Assembly: GCA_045046875.1 (NCBI GenBank)
Contig: JASFYY010000086.1
Coordinates: forward strand, 1-42,581
DNA: 42,581 nucleotides
Direction of reading: 5' to 3'
Origin: Verrucomicrobiota bacterium
Lineage (GTDB): Bacteria; Verrucomicrobiota; Verrucomicrobiia; Verrucomicrobiales; DEV007
Shown: in pieces, positions 27,020-35,438 of the stretch
Layout of the letters: the number at the start of each line of letters is the position of its first letter
Position numbering within the stretch: the first letter of the stretch is position 1
The notes under the pieces: model-generated
The model's database searches: none
What the model saw: the letters and a program-made list of their open reading frames with translations, nothing else
Told to the model about the DNA's origin: nothing
Made by a program: the position numbers and the translations under genes

Positions 27020-27916
27020 CTACAAACCATGCCGATAAGCCAGCGGTGAGCATTGCATTTGTCTGCGGAACATGCGGTTGAAGTGGGAGAGGTCGTTGAA
27101 GCCGGAATTTTCGGCGATTTGAGTGACGGACTTCTGAGTGGTGGTGAGCTCGCGGCAGGCGTTGGCGATGCGGATCTCTGTTAGGAATGTGATGAAGGAG
27201 CGTCCGGTGCTGCGTTTGAAATGGCGCGAAAAGGTGGGGCGCGAGACGGGTACGGCGTCAAGGATGTCGGAGAGCTTCAGCGGTTCGGAGAAATGAGCAG
27301 AGATCATGGCGACGGCTGCGGCGATGGCGCGTTCGTGGGGGTCGCCAGGTTCGGGTAGGTGGAAGTCACTGGAAGCCAGGCTTTGTTTATCTTGTTCGGG
27401 TGCCAGAGCGAGGGTGTTGAGTATTTCCAGTAAGGTGGTAAAACGCGGCAGCGCGGCGAGCTGGGTGAGCTGGGGAAGTAGGTTCTGTACTGCGCTCGCG
27501 GTGTCGCCGGAAATATGCAGGCCGAGGCGGGCGGCTTGTCGCAGCGGTTGTAATATGGCGGAAATCTCGTCACCGCTTTGCCATACGGAGAGCGGACTTT
27601 CGGGGTCGAACTGGATGCAGTAACCGTGGCTGGCTCCGTCCATGCGCCAATAGTGAGGCAGGTGACGATCGATGATCACCAGGTCGCCATCGGTGAAATT
27701 TTCGAGGTGGTTGCCGATCAGGCGCAGGCCGTGGCCTTGGCTGACACAGGTGATTTCCATCTCGGAATGGCGATGCCAGAGTGCCCCCGAGCCTTCAACC
27801 GGGGTGGATTGTCTGGCCTCGGTGTGCAGCCGCACTCGTTCGATGCATTGGTTCCAGGTCAACAAACGGAAAGACTGACCGGCGAGGGGTTTGATGGTTT
27901 CTACTGCGACGGCCAT
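27020..27916 (-). CDS. AraC-family transcriptional regulator (cupin + HTH)
   Basis: WHRHSEMEI and LPHYW cupin motifs; FSRHFKR...SGFNDLSHFNRMF...SPLAYR. Confidence 0.92.
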   Translation of the reverse strand: MAVAVETIKPLAGQSFRLLTWNQCIERVRLHTEARQSTPVEGSGALWHRHSEMEITCVSQGHGLRLIGNHLENFTDGDLVIIDRHLPHYWRMDGASHGYCIQFDPESPLSVWQSGDEISAILQPLRQAARLGLHISGDTASAVQNLLPQLTQLAALPRFTTLLEILNTLALAPEQDKQSLASSDFHLPEPGDPHERAIAAAVAMISAHFSEPLKLSDILDAVPVSRPTFSRHFKRSTGRSFITFLTEIRIANACRELTTTQKSVTQIAENSGFNDLSHFNRMFRRQMQCSPLAYRHGL

Positions 27917-28110
27917 GGGGGAGAGGGAGTGAGGAGGAAGAAGTTAGGAGATAGAATAAAATACCACTTTTTGAGTAAAATGAAGGGAGTGGACTGATAT
28001 TAGGGGAAGATTTTGAGATAATCCAACAAAAAAATGAGTCAAGGGGCGTAGCGGCCAAGGCTAGGGACGGGCAGAATGGGGGCACATTAATCAAAGCAGC
28101 ATTTAATATT

Positions 28111-29151
28111 ATGAAAGAGCAGACTGAATACCGATTTTCTTTTGGGCCGTGGAACATCAGTGAGGGGGAGGACCCTTTTGGACCGCAGGTGAGGAAACCC
28201 GGCACTTTTGAGGCGAAGTTGGATTTGTATCGTCCACTGGGATTTGAGGGGGTGCAGTTGCACGATGATGATGTGGTGGAGGGCATTGATGAGCTGACTG
28301 CTGAGCAGGCTTTGAAACGCGCAGCGGAGGTGAAGGTCTTATTGGATGATCGTGGATTGACTCCGGAATTTGTCGCTCCGCGTTTGTGGTTTGCGCCGCA
28401 GACGGTGGACGGGGGACTGACGGCCAACTCTGAATCTGATCGCACATATGCGATGGATCGTTGCAAGCGTACGATTGATATTGCGCGTGAGGTGGGCACC
28501 AGGAATATTGTGATGTGGTTTGCACGTGAGGGTTCTTATTGCCGTGAGAGCAAAAATGCCAAAGTCGCTTATGATCGTATCTTGGACGGACTGAATACGA
28601 TGCTCGATTACGATAAGGAGATTGAAATTTGGATTGAGCCCAAGCCAAACGAACCGACCGACCAGGCGTACGTGCCGACGATCGGTCATACCGTGGCATT
28701 GGCTTATGCTTCGAATGATCCGAAGCGGGTGAAGGGCTTGATCGAAAGTGCGCATGCAATTTTGGCAGGTCTGGATCCGGGGGATGAAATGGCTTTTGCG
28801 ATGGCGCACGATATGTTGGGCAGTGTGCATTTGAATGACCAGAACGGTTTGAAATACGATCAGGATAAAAATTTCGGTGCGGCAAATTTGCGCAGTGCTT
28901 TTAACCAGGTGCGGGTTTTGGAGCAAAATGGTTACGGCAAAAATGGCGAGTTTGTAGGTTTGGATATCAAGGTGATGCGGACCCAGCAGGGGGATTTGGT
29001 GACCAAACATTTGGAAACCAGTCGTGAGATTTTCCTCGCTTTGGTGGAGAAGGTTCGCTCTTTGGATTCGGCCAAAGAGCAGGCTTTTATTGATGCGCGT
29101 GACTATGAAGGTTTGGAGCGTTATTTGCTGTTACACCTGATGGGATTTTGA
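28111..29151 (+). CDS. Xylose isomerase-like sugar isomerase (class I-like)
   Basis: Motifs HDDD, AREG, IEPKPNEP, ESAH, HLNDQ..KYDQD, LDIK. Substrate not certain. Confidence 0.8.
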   Translation: MKEQTEYRFSFGPWNISEGEDPFGPQVRKPGTFEAKLDLYRPLGFEGVQLHDDDVVEGIDELTAEQALKRAAEVKVLLDDRGLTPEFVAPRLWFAPQTVDGGLTANSESDRTYAMDRCKRTIDIAREVGTRNIVMWFAREGSYCRESKNAKVAYDRILDGLNTMLDYDKEIEIWIEPKPNEPTDQAYVPTIGHTVALAYASNDPKRVKGLIESAHAILAGLDPGDEMAFAMAHDMLGSVHLNDQNGLKYDQDKNFGAANLRSAFNQVRVLEQNGYGKNGEFVGLDIKVMRTQQGDLVTKHLETSREIFLALVEKVRSLDSAKEQAFIDARDYEGLERYLLLHLMGF

Positions 29152-29232
29152 TGCGCAACCAAATATTGTTCTCAGAGAGAGATTTTGGCTTTGCCTTCAG
29201 GTGAAGTTGAGGTCAATTTGACTGAACAAGTG

Positions 29233-30615
29233 ATGATTCAGGATTCTATTAACAAACTAAGAGAACTGTTGGGTGAGAAGAATGTTCTCACCGAAAAGGA
29301 GGATTTGATCCCCTACGGTTTTGATGGCACGGCAGCATTGAAAAATGCTGCCGTTTGCGTGGTTTTTCCTGAGAACACGGAGCAGGTCGCCGAGGTGATG
29401 AAATTGGCCGCAGCGGAGAAGATTCCTGTGGTCACACGGGGATCGGGCACCGGGCTTTCCGGAGGCAGCATTCCGGTGGAAGGAGGAATCGTGCTTTGTC
29501 TGTTGAAGCTGAAGCAGATTCTAGAGCTGGACACTGCCAATTTGACGATGCTGTGTGAGTGCGGCGTGATCACTAAAGAGATCGACGAAGTGGCTGGAGC
29601 CAAGGGTTTGTTTTATCCACCTGATCCGGGCTCGATCAAGGTATCGACGATTGGTGGCAATGTGGCGAATAATTCGGGTGGCTTGCGTGGTTTGAAATAC
29701 GGGGTGACGAGGGATTATGTGATGGGCATGGAGGTGGTGACCGCTGCGGGGGAGGTGATCTGGTTGGGTTCGAAGTGTGTGAAGGATGTGGCGGGTTATA
29801 CGCTTAAGGATTTGTTCATTGGTTCGGAAGGCACGCTGGGCGTGGTGACCAAGGTATTACTGAAACTGTTGCCTCGTCCGCAAGCTCGCAAAACTTTGTT
29901 GGCGACTTATGATAGCATGGATGCGGCGGCACAGACGGTGGCGGCGATTATCGCTCGCCATGTGATTCCGTGCACCTTGGAATTTTTGGATCGCAAGACT
30001 TGTCAGTGTGTGGAGGATTTTGCCAAGGTCGGTTTGCCGACCGATGCGGCTTCGGTTTTGTTGATGGAGACCGACGGGCATCCGGTGGTGGTCGAAGAGG
30101 AGGCGAAGTTGATGGAGGAAATCGCTCGTGAGCACGGTGCGATGTCGGTGGAGGTTGCCAAGGATGAGGAGCAGGCGGTGAAACTGGCTTCGGCCCGGCG
30201 TAGTGCTTTTGCCGCTTTGGCGAGGATCCGCCCGACGACGATTTTGGAGGATGTGACGGTGCCGCGCAGTGAGCTGCCGAAGATGGTGAAATTTGTCAAC
30301 GAGGTGGCGAAGAAGTATCAATTGGAAATCGCGACCTTTGGGCACATGGGGGATGGTAATTTGCATCCCACTTTTTTGACCAACGAAAAGGATGAAGAGG
30401 AGATGGAGCGGGTCGAAAAAGCGATGGCTGAGATTTTCAAAGAAGCTTTGGATTTGAAGGGGACGATCACCGGGGAGCATGGGGTGGGGCTGGCGAAGAA
30501 GGAATTTTTGTCGGACCAATTCCAGGATGGAAGTTATGAAATGTTGAAGAAGGTGAAGGTGGCGCTGGATCCAGATGTGATTTTGAACCCGGGAAAAATA
30601 TTTGATGTGGATTAG
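29233..30615 (+). CDS. glcD: Glycolate oxidase subunit GlcD-like FAD-linked oxidase
   Basis: Motifs RGSGTGLSGG, YPPDPGS, TIGGNVA, LKYGVT, GSEGTLG, GHMGDGNLH, GEHGVG, LNPGK. Probable start ATG 29233. Confidence 0.85.
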   Translation: MIQDSINKLRELLGEKNVLTEKEDLIPYGFDGTAALKNAAVCVVFPENTEQVAEVMKLAAAEKIPVVTRGSGTGLSGGSIPVEGGIVLCLLKLKQILELDTANLTMLCECGVITKEIDEVAGAKGLFYPPDPGSIKVSTIGGNVANNSGGLRGLKYGVTRDYVMGMEVVTAAGEVIWLGSKCVKDVAGYTLKDLFIGSEGTLGVVTKVLLKLLPRPQARKTLLATYDSMDAAAQTVAAIIARHVIPCTLEFLDRKTCQCVEDFAKVGLPTDAASVLLMETDGHPVVVEEEAKLMEEIAREHGAMSVEVAKDEEQAVKLASARRSAFAALARIRPTTILEDVTVPRSELPKMVKFVNEVAKKYQLEIATFGHMGDGNLHPTFLTNEKDEEEMERVEKAMAEIFKEALDLKGTITGEHGVGLAKKEFLSDQFQDGSYEMLKKVKVALDPDVILNPGKIFDVD

Positions 30616-30635
30616 GATAGGGATTTGGAGAGAGA

Positions 30636-30804
30636 GAACCACGAATGGACACGAAGAAACACGAATGGGAGAATTTGAAATTTAAAATGGGAGCTCTTGC
30701 TATGAAAAAAGGGAACCACTAATAGACACGAAGAAACACGAATGGGGAGAATTTGAAATTTAGGATTTGAGATTTGAAATGGGAGCCCTTGCTGTGAAGG
30801 AAGA
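30636..30804. repeat. Two imperfect tandem copies (~77 and ~92 bp) of a composite micro-repeat unit
   Basis: GAACCAC.AAT.GACACGAAGAAACACGAATGGG...ATTTGAA...GGGAGC.CTTGCT.TGAA starts at 30636 and again at 30713. Copy 2 has two extra heptamers. Confidence 0.85.
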
Positions 30805-30921
30805 GAACTCACATGGGCCGAGACGGTGGGTGTGGCTCGAAGATAGAAGGGATTAAAGATGATGGAATTTGGATCTACGGCCTATAGCCTAAATTACTAC
30901 AGACTAACAAGCTAACTCCAT

Positions 30922-32226
30922 ATGACTTCTTATCTTAAAGATCTTGATTATTCGGTGGTGCAGCAGTGCATGCATTGTGGGATGTGTTTGCCTACTTGTC
31001 CGACTTATAGGGAGACGGGGATGGAGAAGAATAGTCCCCGCGGACGTATTGCGTTGATGCGGGCGGTGGCGGATGAGGAGCTGGAGGTGACGAAGGCTTT
31101 TGCGGATGAGATGTATTATTGTCTCGGTTGTTTGGCGTGCACCACGGCTTGTCCAGCAGGGGTGAATTATCCGGAGTTGTTTGAAATGGCGCGGGCAGAG
31201 GTGGAGGAGGCCGGGGTATTGGATCATCCTCAGCGGCGCTTTTGGAGGTGGTTGAGCCTGAAACTGATTTTTACCCGGCCGCGCTTGTTGCGTTTGATTG
31301 GTCGGATGCTGCGGCTTTACCAGGTGAGTGGGATGGAGGGTTTGGTGAGGAAGAGTGGGGTGTTATTTATTTTGCCTAAAAACCTGCGTGAACTGGAGCC
31401 GACCACTCCTAAGATTGGTCCGGCTTTTTCCGATGATTTGATCGCCGAGGTGGAGGAGCCGCAAGGGGGTGAAAGCAAATATCGGGTGGGCCTGCTGACC
31501 GGCTGTGTGCAGGATTTGATTCTGGCGGATGTGAATCGTGATACGGCGGATGTGCTGTTGCAGAATGGGTGCACGGTGGTGACGCTTAGGAATCAGGGCT
31601 GCTGTGGATCGCTGCACGGGCACAATGGTGCGGTGGACTTGGCCAAGCAGATGGCAAGACAGCATTTGGATCGTTGGGATTTGGATTGTTTGGATGCGAT
31701 TATCAGCAATGCGGCAGGTTGTGGTTCGCATTTGAAACATTACGGACCGCTGTTGAAAGATGATGCGGATTACTGCGAGCGAGCGCGGCAGTGGGATGAA
31801 AAAGCTAAGGATATCAACGAGTGGTTGGTGGAGATTGATTTTCGCAAGCCTGCAGGAGATGCAGAGGAAGCGACTCAGGTGACTTATCATGAGGCCTGTC
31901 ATCTTTGTCATGGGCAGAAGATCACTCAGCAGCCACGGGCGATTTTGAATAGCATCCCGGGTTTGAATTTAAATGAACTGAAGGACTCTACCTTGTGTTG
32001 TGGCAGTGCGGGTATCTATAATATCACTCAGCCAGAGCAAGCGGGAAAACTGCAGGACGAGAAAGTGGCCAATATTGTGGACACTTGCGCGACTGTGACT
32101 GCGGTGGCTAATCCTGGTTGTCACTTGCAGATTGAAAACGGTCTGAAGGACTGCGGAGCTTCGCAGGTGAGGGTGGCGCATCCGATCACGCTGTTGGCGG
32201 AGGCTTATCGGGCGGAGGGGGGGTAA
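30922..32226 (+). CDS. glcF: Glycolate oxidase iron-sulfur subunit GlcF
   Basis: CMHCGMCLPTCP and CLGCLACTTACP 4Fe-4S motifs; two CCG domains; ANPGC. Confidence 0.88.
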   Translation: MTSYLKDLDYSVVQQCMHCGMCLPTCPTYRETGMEKNSPRGRIALMRAVADEELEVTKAFADEMYYCLGCLACTTACPAGVNYPELFEMARAEVEEAGVLDHPQRRFWRWLSLKLIFTRPRLLRLIGRMLRLYQVSGMEGLVRKSGVLFILPKNLRELEPTTPKIGPAFSDDLIAEVEEPQGGESKYRVGLLTGCVQDLILADVNRDTADVLLQNGCTVVTLRNQGCCGSLHGHNGAVDLAKQMARQHLDRWDLDCLDAIISNAAGCGSHLKHYGPLLKDDADYCERARQWDEKAKDINEWLVEIDFRKPAGDAEEATQVTYHEACHLCHGQKITQQPRAILNSIPGLNLNELKDSTLCCGSAGIYNITQPEQAGKLQDEKVANIVDTCATVTAVANPGCHLQIENGLKDCGASQVRVAHPITLLAEAYRAEGG

Positions 32227-32504
32227 GACAAAAAAGTCAAGCTGCTGACGGTTATTCGTTTCACCCTTGCAGGGCTGGGAGAGTTGGATTTTTTACCCAG
32301 CGCTTCGCACTGGGCTATATCATTGAGCACCGTTGGTGCAAAAGAGATGAAAGCAAACTGTCCTGTAAGGACAAAATGAGATAGCCCAATGCGAAGCGCT
32401 GGGGTTAAATTGGTTTTATTGCCAGCCCTAAAAGGGCGAAATGATGTTGAGGTGTGATAGGGTAGCTTTCAATAAGCAGGGGCTAATTTTTTAGTCCTGC
32501 ACCC
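32219..32504. mobile_element. MITE copy 2 (286 bp), inserted in the 3' end of glcF
   Basis: TIRs GGGGGTAAGA (32219-28) and TCCTGCACCC (32495-504); 9-bp TSD GGGCGGAGG (32210-18, 32505-13). Interior is collinear with copy 1. Confidence 0.9.
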
Positions 32505-32631
32505 GGGCGGAGGAATAGGTTAAAGTTATGATTTCATAGAGATTGAAGGTAGGGCAGATTGCTGAGATTAGAGGCGGCATGAAATATTTCGTGAGGATGT
32601 TTTTTTGCCGTGAGGATGGGAATGTGATTAA

Positions 32632-33978
32632 GTGAAGCTTTACATGAGAACGGGAAGCAATACTTGGAAGTCTGTCAGTTTTTTTCTGATGATGTCTATA
32701 GGGGCGTGCTTGTTCTTGGGCAGGGTCGAGCGGGTGTTTTCTCAGGATTTGTCGAGCCCTCAAAAAATACTGGAGGTGCCTTTTGTGCGCAACCGGATTT
32801 CGGTGAACGGGATTTTGGATGAGTGGAAGGAGTATAAGGGGATAAGATTTTCTCCGTTGGACGTGATGTCAGGATCGTCATCGAGGGCTTGGGTGAGATG
32901 CACTTGGGATGAGGAAAAGCTGTATTTGGCTTTGCGGGTGAAAGACGATAGTTTGTTTGCGGCTGAAACAAGTGATGCGGGCACGCCTTGGCGAGATGAT
33001 GCGATTGAAGTCTATTTGAGTGTGGATCCAGCGGCGGCTCAGGAGAAAAAAATGTCGCCCAATGAATACCAGTTCATTGTGAACTTGAATGGGGCGGTGG
33101 GATCCTGTCGCGGCACGACATCGGGGGAACGTGATCACAGCTGGGATGCGGATATTCTCAGCGGGGTGCGGTGGCAAGGGAGTTTGAATGATTCGTCAGG
33201 CTCTGCGGACAAGGAATACACGGTGGAAATCGCGATTCCCTGGCGAGTAATGGGAGTGGAGCCACAGGCGGATTTGGAATTGTTGGTGGATTTTGCGGTG
33301 ACGGATCGCAGGCAGGAGGATACGGCGACGGCAGATCTTTTTTATTATGACTGGGCAGGATTGCCGAAATTTGGTGATCCGACCCGGTGGAATAAGTTGG
33401 TTTTGCGCCGGGCTCCCGGGGCTGGTGTTAATGAGGGAAAAAGAGAGCGATCGGCGGCTTGGATTTGGCTATTGTTTTTGGGGGCGGTGCTTTTGTTGTG
33501 GTGGATGTTTTCCCGTTTCAAAAAAGCGTGGCAAGAGGTGGAAGTGATGAGAAGTGAAAATAAAGGGGAAAGCCCGGAGGTGATGGATGAATTGGAAAAT
33601 AGGCAAGAGTCAAAAGGGGGGGAGGGCAGTGAGGAGATCAGTGATGGTTTGCGGGTTTTGGCACGGCGGGTGAAGCAAATTCTGGTGGAGGAGTATGCGA
33701 GTGATTTATCTGCCGCTTCGGTGGCGGAGCGATTGAGGGTGTCCGAGCGGCATATGCGCCGGGCGCTCAATGCGGCGGAAGGGCAGAATTTCAGCAAAAT
33801 GTTGCAGCAGATTCGCTTAAAAAAAGCCTGCGAATTATTGGCAAACAAGGAGCTGTCGATAGCCGAGGTGGCTTTGGAAGTGGGTTTCGGGGAGCAGTCT
33901 TATTTTTCGAAATTGTTCAAATCGAGTTATGGGGTGTCACCGACGGAATATCGAGTGAAGAGCGGCGAAGCGCGGTAA
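32632..33978 (+). CDS. Membrane-spanning regulator: CBM9/DOMON-like sugar-binding domain + TM helix + AraC HTH
   Basis: Signal-like N-terminus; ISVNGILDEW, WDEEKLYLALRVKDD, DAIEVYL, YTVEIAIPW (CBM9-like); TM AAWIWLLFLGAVLLLWWMF; RLKKACELL...VGFGEQSYFSKLFK...SPTEYR. Exact start uncertain. Confidence 0.85.
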   Translation: MKLYMRTGSNTWKSVSFFLMMSIGACLFLGRVERVFSQDLSSPQKILEVPFVRNRISVNGILDEWKEYKGIRFSPLDVMSGSSSRAWVRCTWDEEKLYLALRVKDDSLFAAETSDAGTPWRDDAIEVYLSVDPAAAQEKKMSPNEYQFIVNLNGAVGSCRGTTSGERDHSWDADILSGVRWQGSLNDSSGSADKEYTVEIAIPWRVMGVEPQADLELLVDFAVTDRRQEDTATADLFYYDWAGLPKFGDPTRWNKLVLRRAPGAGVNEGKRERSAAWIWLLFLGAVLLLWWMFSRFKKAWQEVEVMRSENKGESPEVMDELENRQESKGGEGSEEISDGLRVLARRVKQILVEEYASDLSAASVAERLRVSERHMRRALNAAEGQNFSKMLQQIRLKKACELLANKELSIAEVALEVGFGEQSYFSKLFKSSYGVSPTEYRVKSGEAR

Positions 33979-34034
33979 TGAGATGGACGCCCGTCCCGCT
34001 GATGGTCGGGGTGGCGGGATCTCGGGATGGAGAG

Positions 34035-34170
34035 ATCGGACATTTTGTGGATAAAACGGACATTCCGGAAATTTATTTTATGTATAAGTTACTTGTATAG
34101 AGTGCCTTATATTGTTTTGTCGATTTCGGACGGTTTTTTTGTCCGCTGTTTGCTATCGGATTAAAACGGA
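34035..34170 (+). promoter_or_regulatory. Putative regulator-binding boxes (CGGA/CGGAC repeats) upstream of the 34206 operon
   Basis: CGGACATT at 34037 and 34057; CGGAC-N9-GTCCG at 34127-34145; CGGA at 34157 and 34167; TATAAC at 34177. Confidence 0.5.
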
Positions 34171-34205
34171 TTCGTTTATAACTTAGGGCGTCTGTTACAA
34201 CGCTT

Positions 34206-35438
34206 ATGAAAAACTCCCTTCGATTGATTTACCAACTAGATTTGTGTGTTTGTGTGAGGGGGTGCTGGCCGCTTTGCCTGGTGATGGCGGGGCTGGTGCT
34301 GGTCGGGTTGGACAGGGCGGCGATGGCGGCAGACTGGAAGGAGCCTAGCTTTGAAGCGCAGCAGATTGGTTCTTTGGAAAAAGGTTACGGCCTGAGCACG
34401 GGGGATGTGGACGGGGATGGCAAATTGGATGTATTGCTGGCAGATCGCGAGACTTTTGTCTGGTTTCGCAATGGGGATTGGAAACGTTTTGTGCTGGCGG
34501 ATCGACTGGATGAGCAGGGGGCGATGTCGATCGAAGCGCGTGACATCGATGGTGATGGCAAGGTGGAGATTGTCATTTGCACCCGGGCACCCAAAGCGAG
34601 GATTTATTGGTTGGAGAGACCTGCGGATCCTACTCAGTTGTGGAAACCAGTGGGCCTGCCCAGTGAGCCGAATCAACACCGTATGCGTTGGGCGAAGGGG
34701 GCGGATGGACGTCACTATATCATCTCGGTGCCGATTCATGCGCGAGTGAAGGGGGAAGCTGTGAACATTTATGCTTATCCGATGCCGCCGGATGCGCAGG
34801 GGAAAGTTGAGCGCAAGTTGCTGATCGATAACATGAGCGACATGCATGATTTTTCAGTGGTGAAGGGAGACAAGGGGCAAGGGGAGAAGTTGTTTTTCAT
34901 TGGTTTTGAGGGAGTGGATCTGATGGGGAATTCGGCGGAAAAGTTTTGGCAGCCGGATGGAGTTCGACGTTTGCCGGGTATGATGGAAGGTTTGGGAGAG
35001 ATTGATGAGGGGCGGACGAAGGGTGGATCTTTCCTGGCGTTGGGTGAACCCAAACACGGGACGCGGGTGGTGGTGTATCCGGAGGATGACAAAGGGCAGT
35101 ATAGTCAGGGTAGGCAAGTGCTCGACGATACTTTGATTGCCTGTCACGCGTTGGAATGTGAGGATGTATTGGGATTGGGCTACGATCAGGTGATTGCAGG
35201 ATGGTGGGGCGACGAGGGCGTGGGCAATTACGGTATCCGCATTTATGTGCCGATGAACGATGAGGCTACCGAGTGGAAAACGGTCAGCGTGGATGAAGGC
35301 ACGATGGCCTGTCAGAGTCTGCAGATTGCGGATATGGATGGCGACGGGGATTTGGATCTGGTCGCTGCTGGATGGACAACCAAAAATCTGGTGATTTTTT
35401 GGAACCGAAGCGGGGAATCAAAATCTGCGAACAAATAA
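34206..35438 (+). CDS. FG-GAP/VCBS-repeat beta-propeller protein, secreted
   Basis: GDVDGDGKLD, DIDGDGKVEI, ADMDGDGDLD repeats. Several His (HRMRW, MHD, HG, CHA) suggest a metal-binding propeller. Confidence 0.8.
   Translation: MKNSLRLIYQLDLCVCVRGCWPLCLVMAGLVLVGLDRAAMAADWKEPSFEAQQIGSLEKGYGLSTGDVDGDGKLDVLLADRETFVWFRNGDWKRFVLADRLDEQGAMSIEARDIDGDGKVEIVICTRAPKARIYWLERPADPTQLWKPVGLPSEPNQHRMRWAKGADGRHYIISVPIHARVKGEAVNIYAYPMPPDAQGKVERKLLIDNMSDMHDFSVVKGDKGQGEKLFFIGFEGVDLMGNSAEKFWQPDGVRRLPGMMEGLGEIDEGRTKGGSFLALGEPKHGTRVVVYPEDDKGQYSQGRQVLDDTLIACHALECEDVLGLGYDQVIAGWWGDEGVGNYGIRIYVPMNDEATEWKTVSVDEGTMACQSLQIADMDGDGDLDLVAAGWTTKNLVIFWNRSGESKSANK

Noticed and set aside
30636..30804. Possible mini-CRISPR array
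   Set aside because: Only two units, the would-be spacers are themselves homologous, and there are no cas genes.
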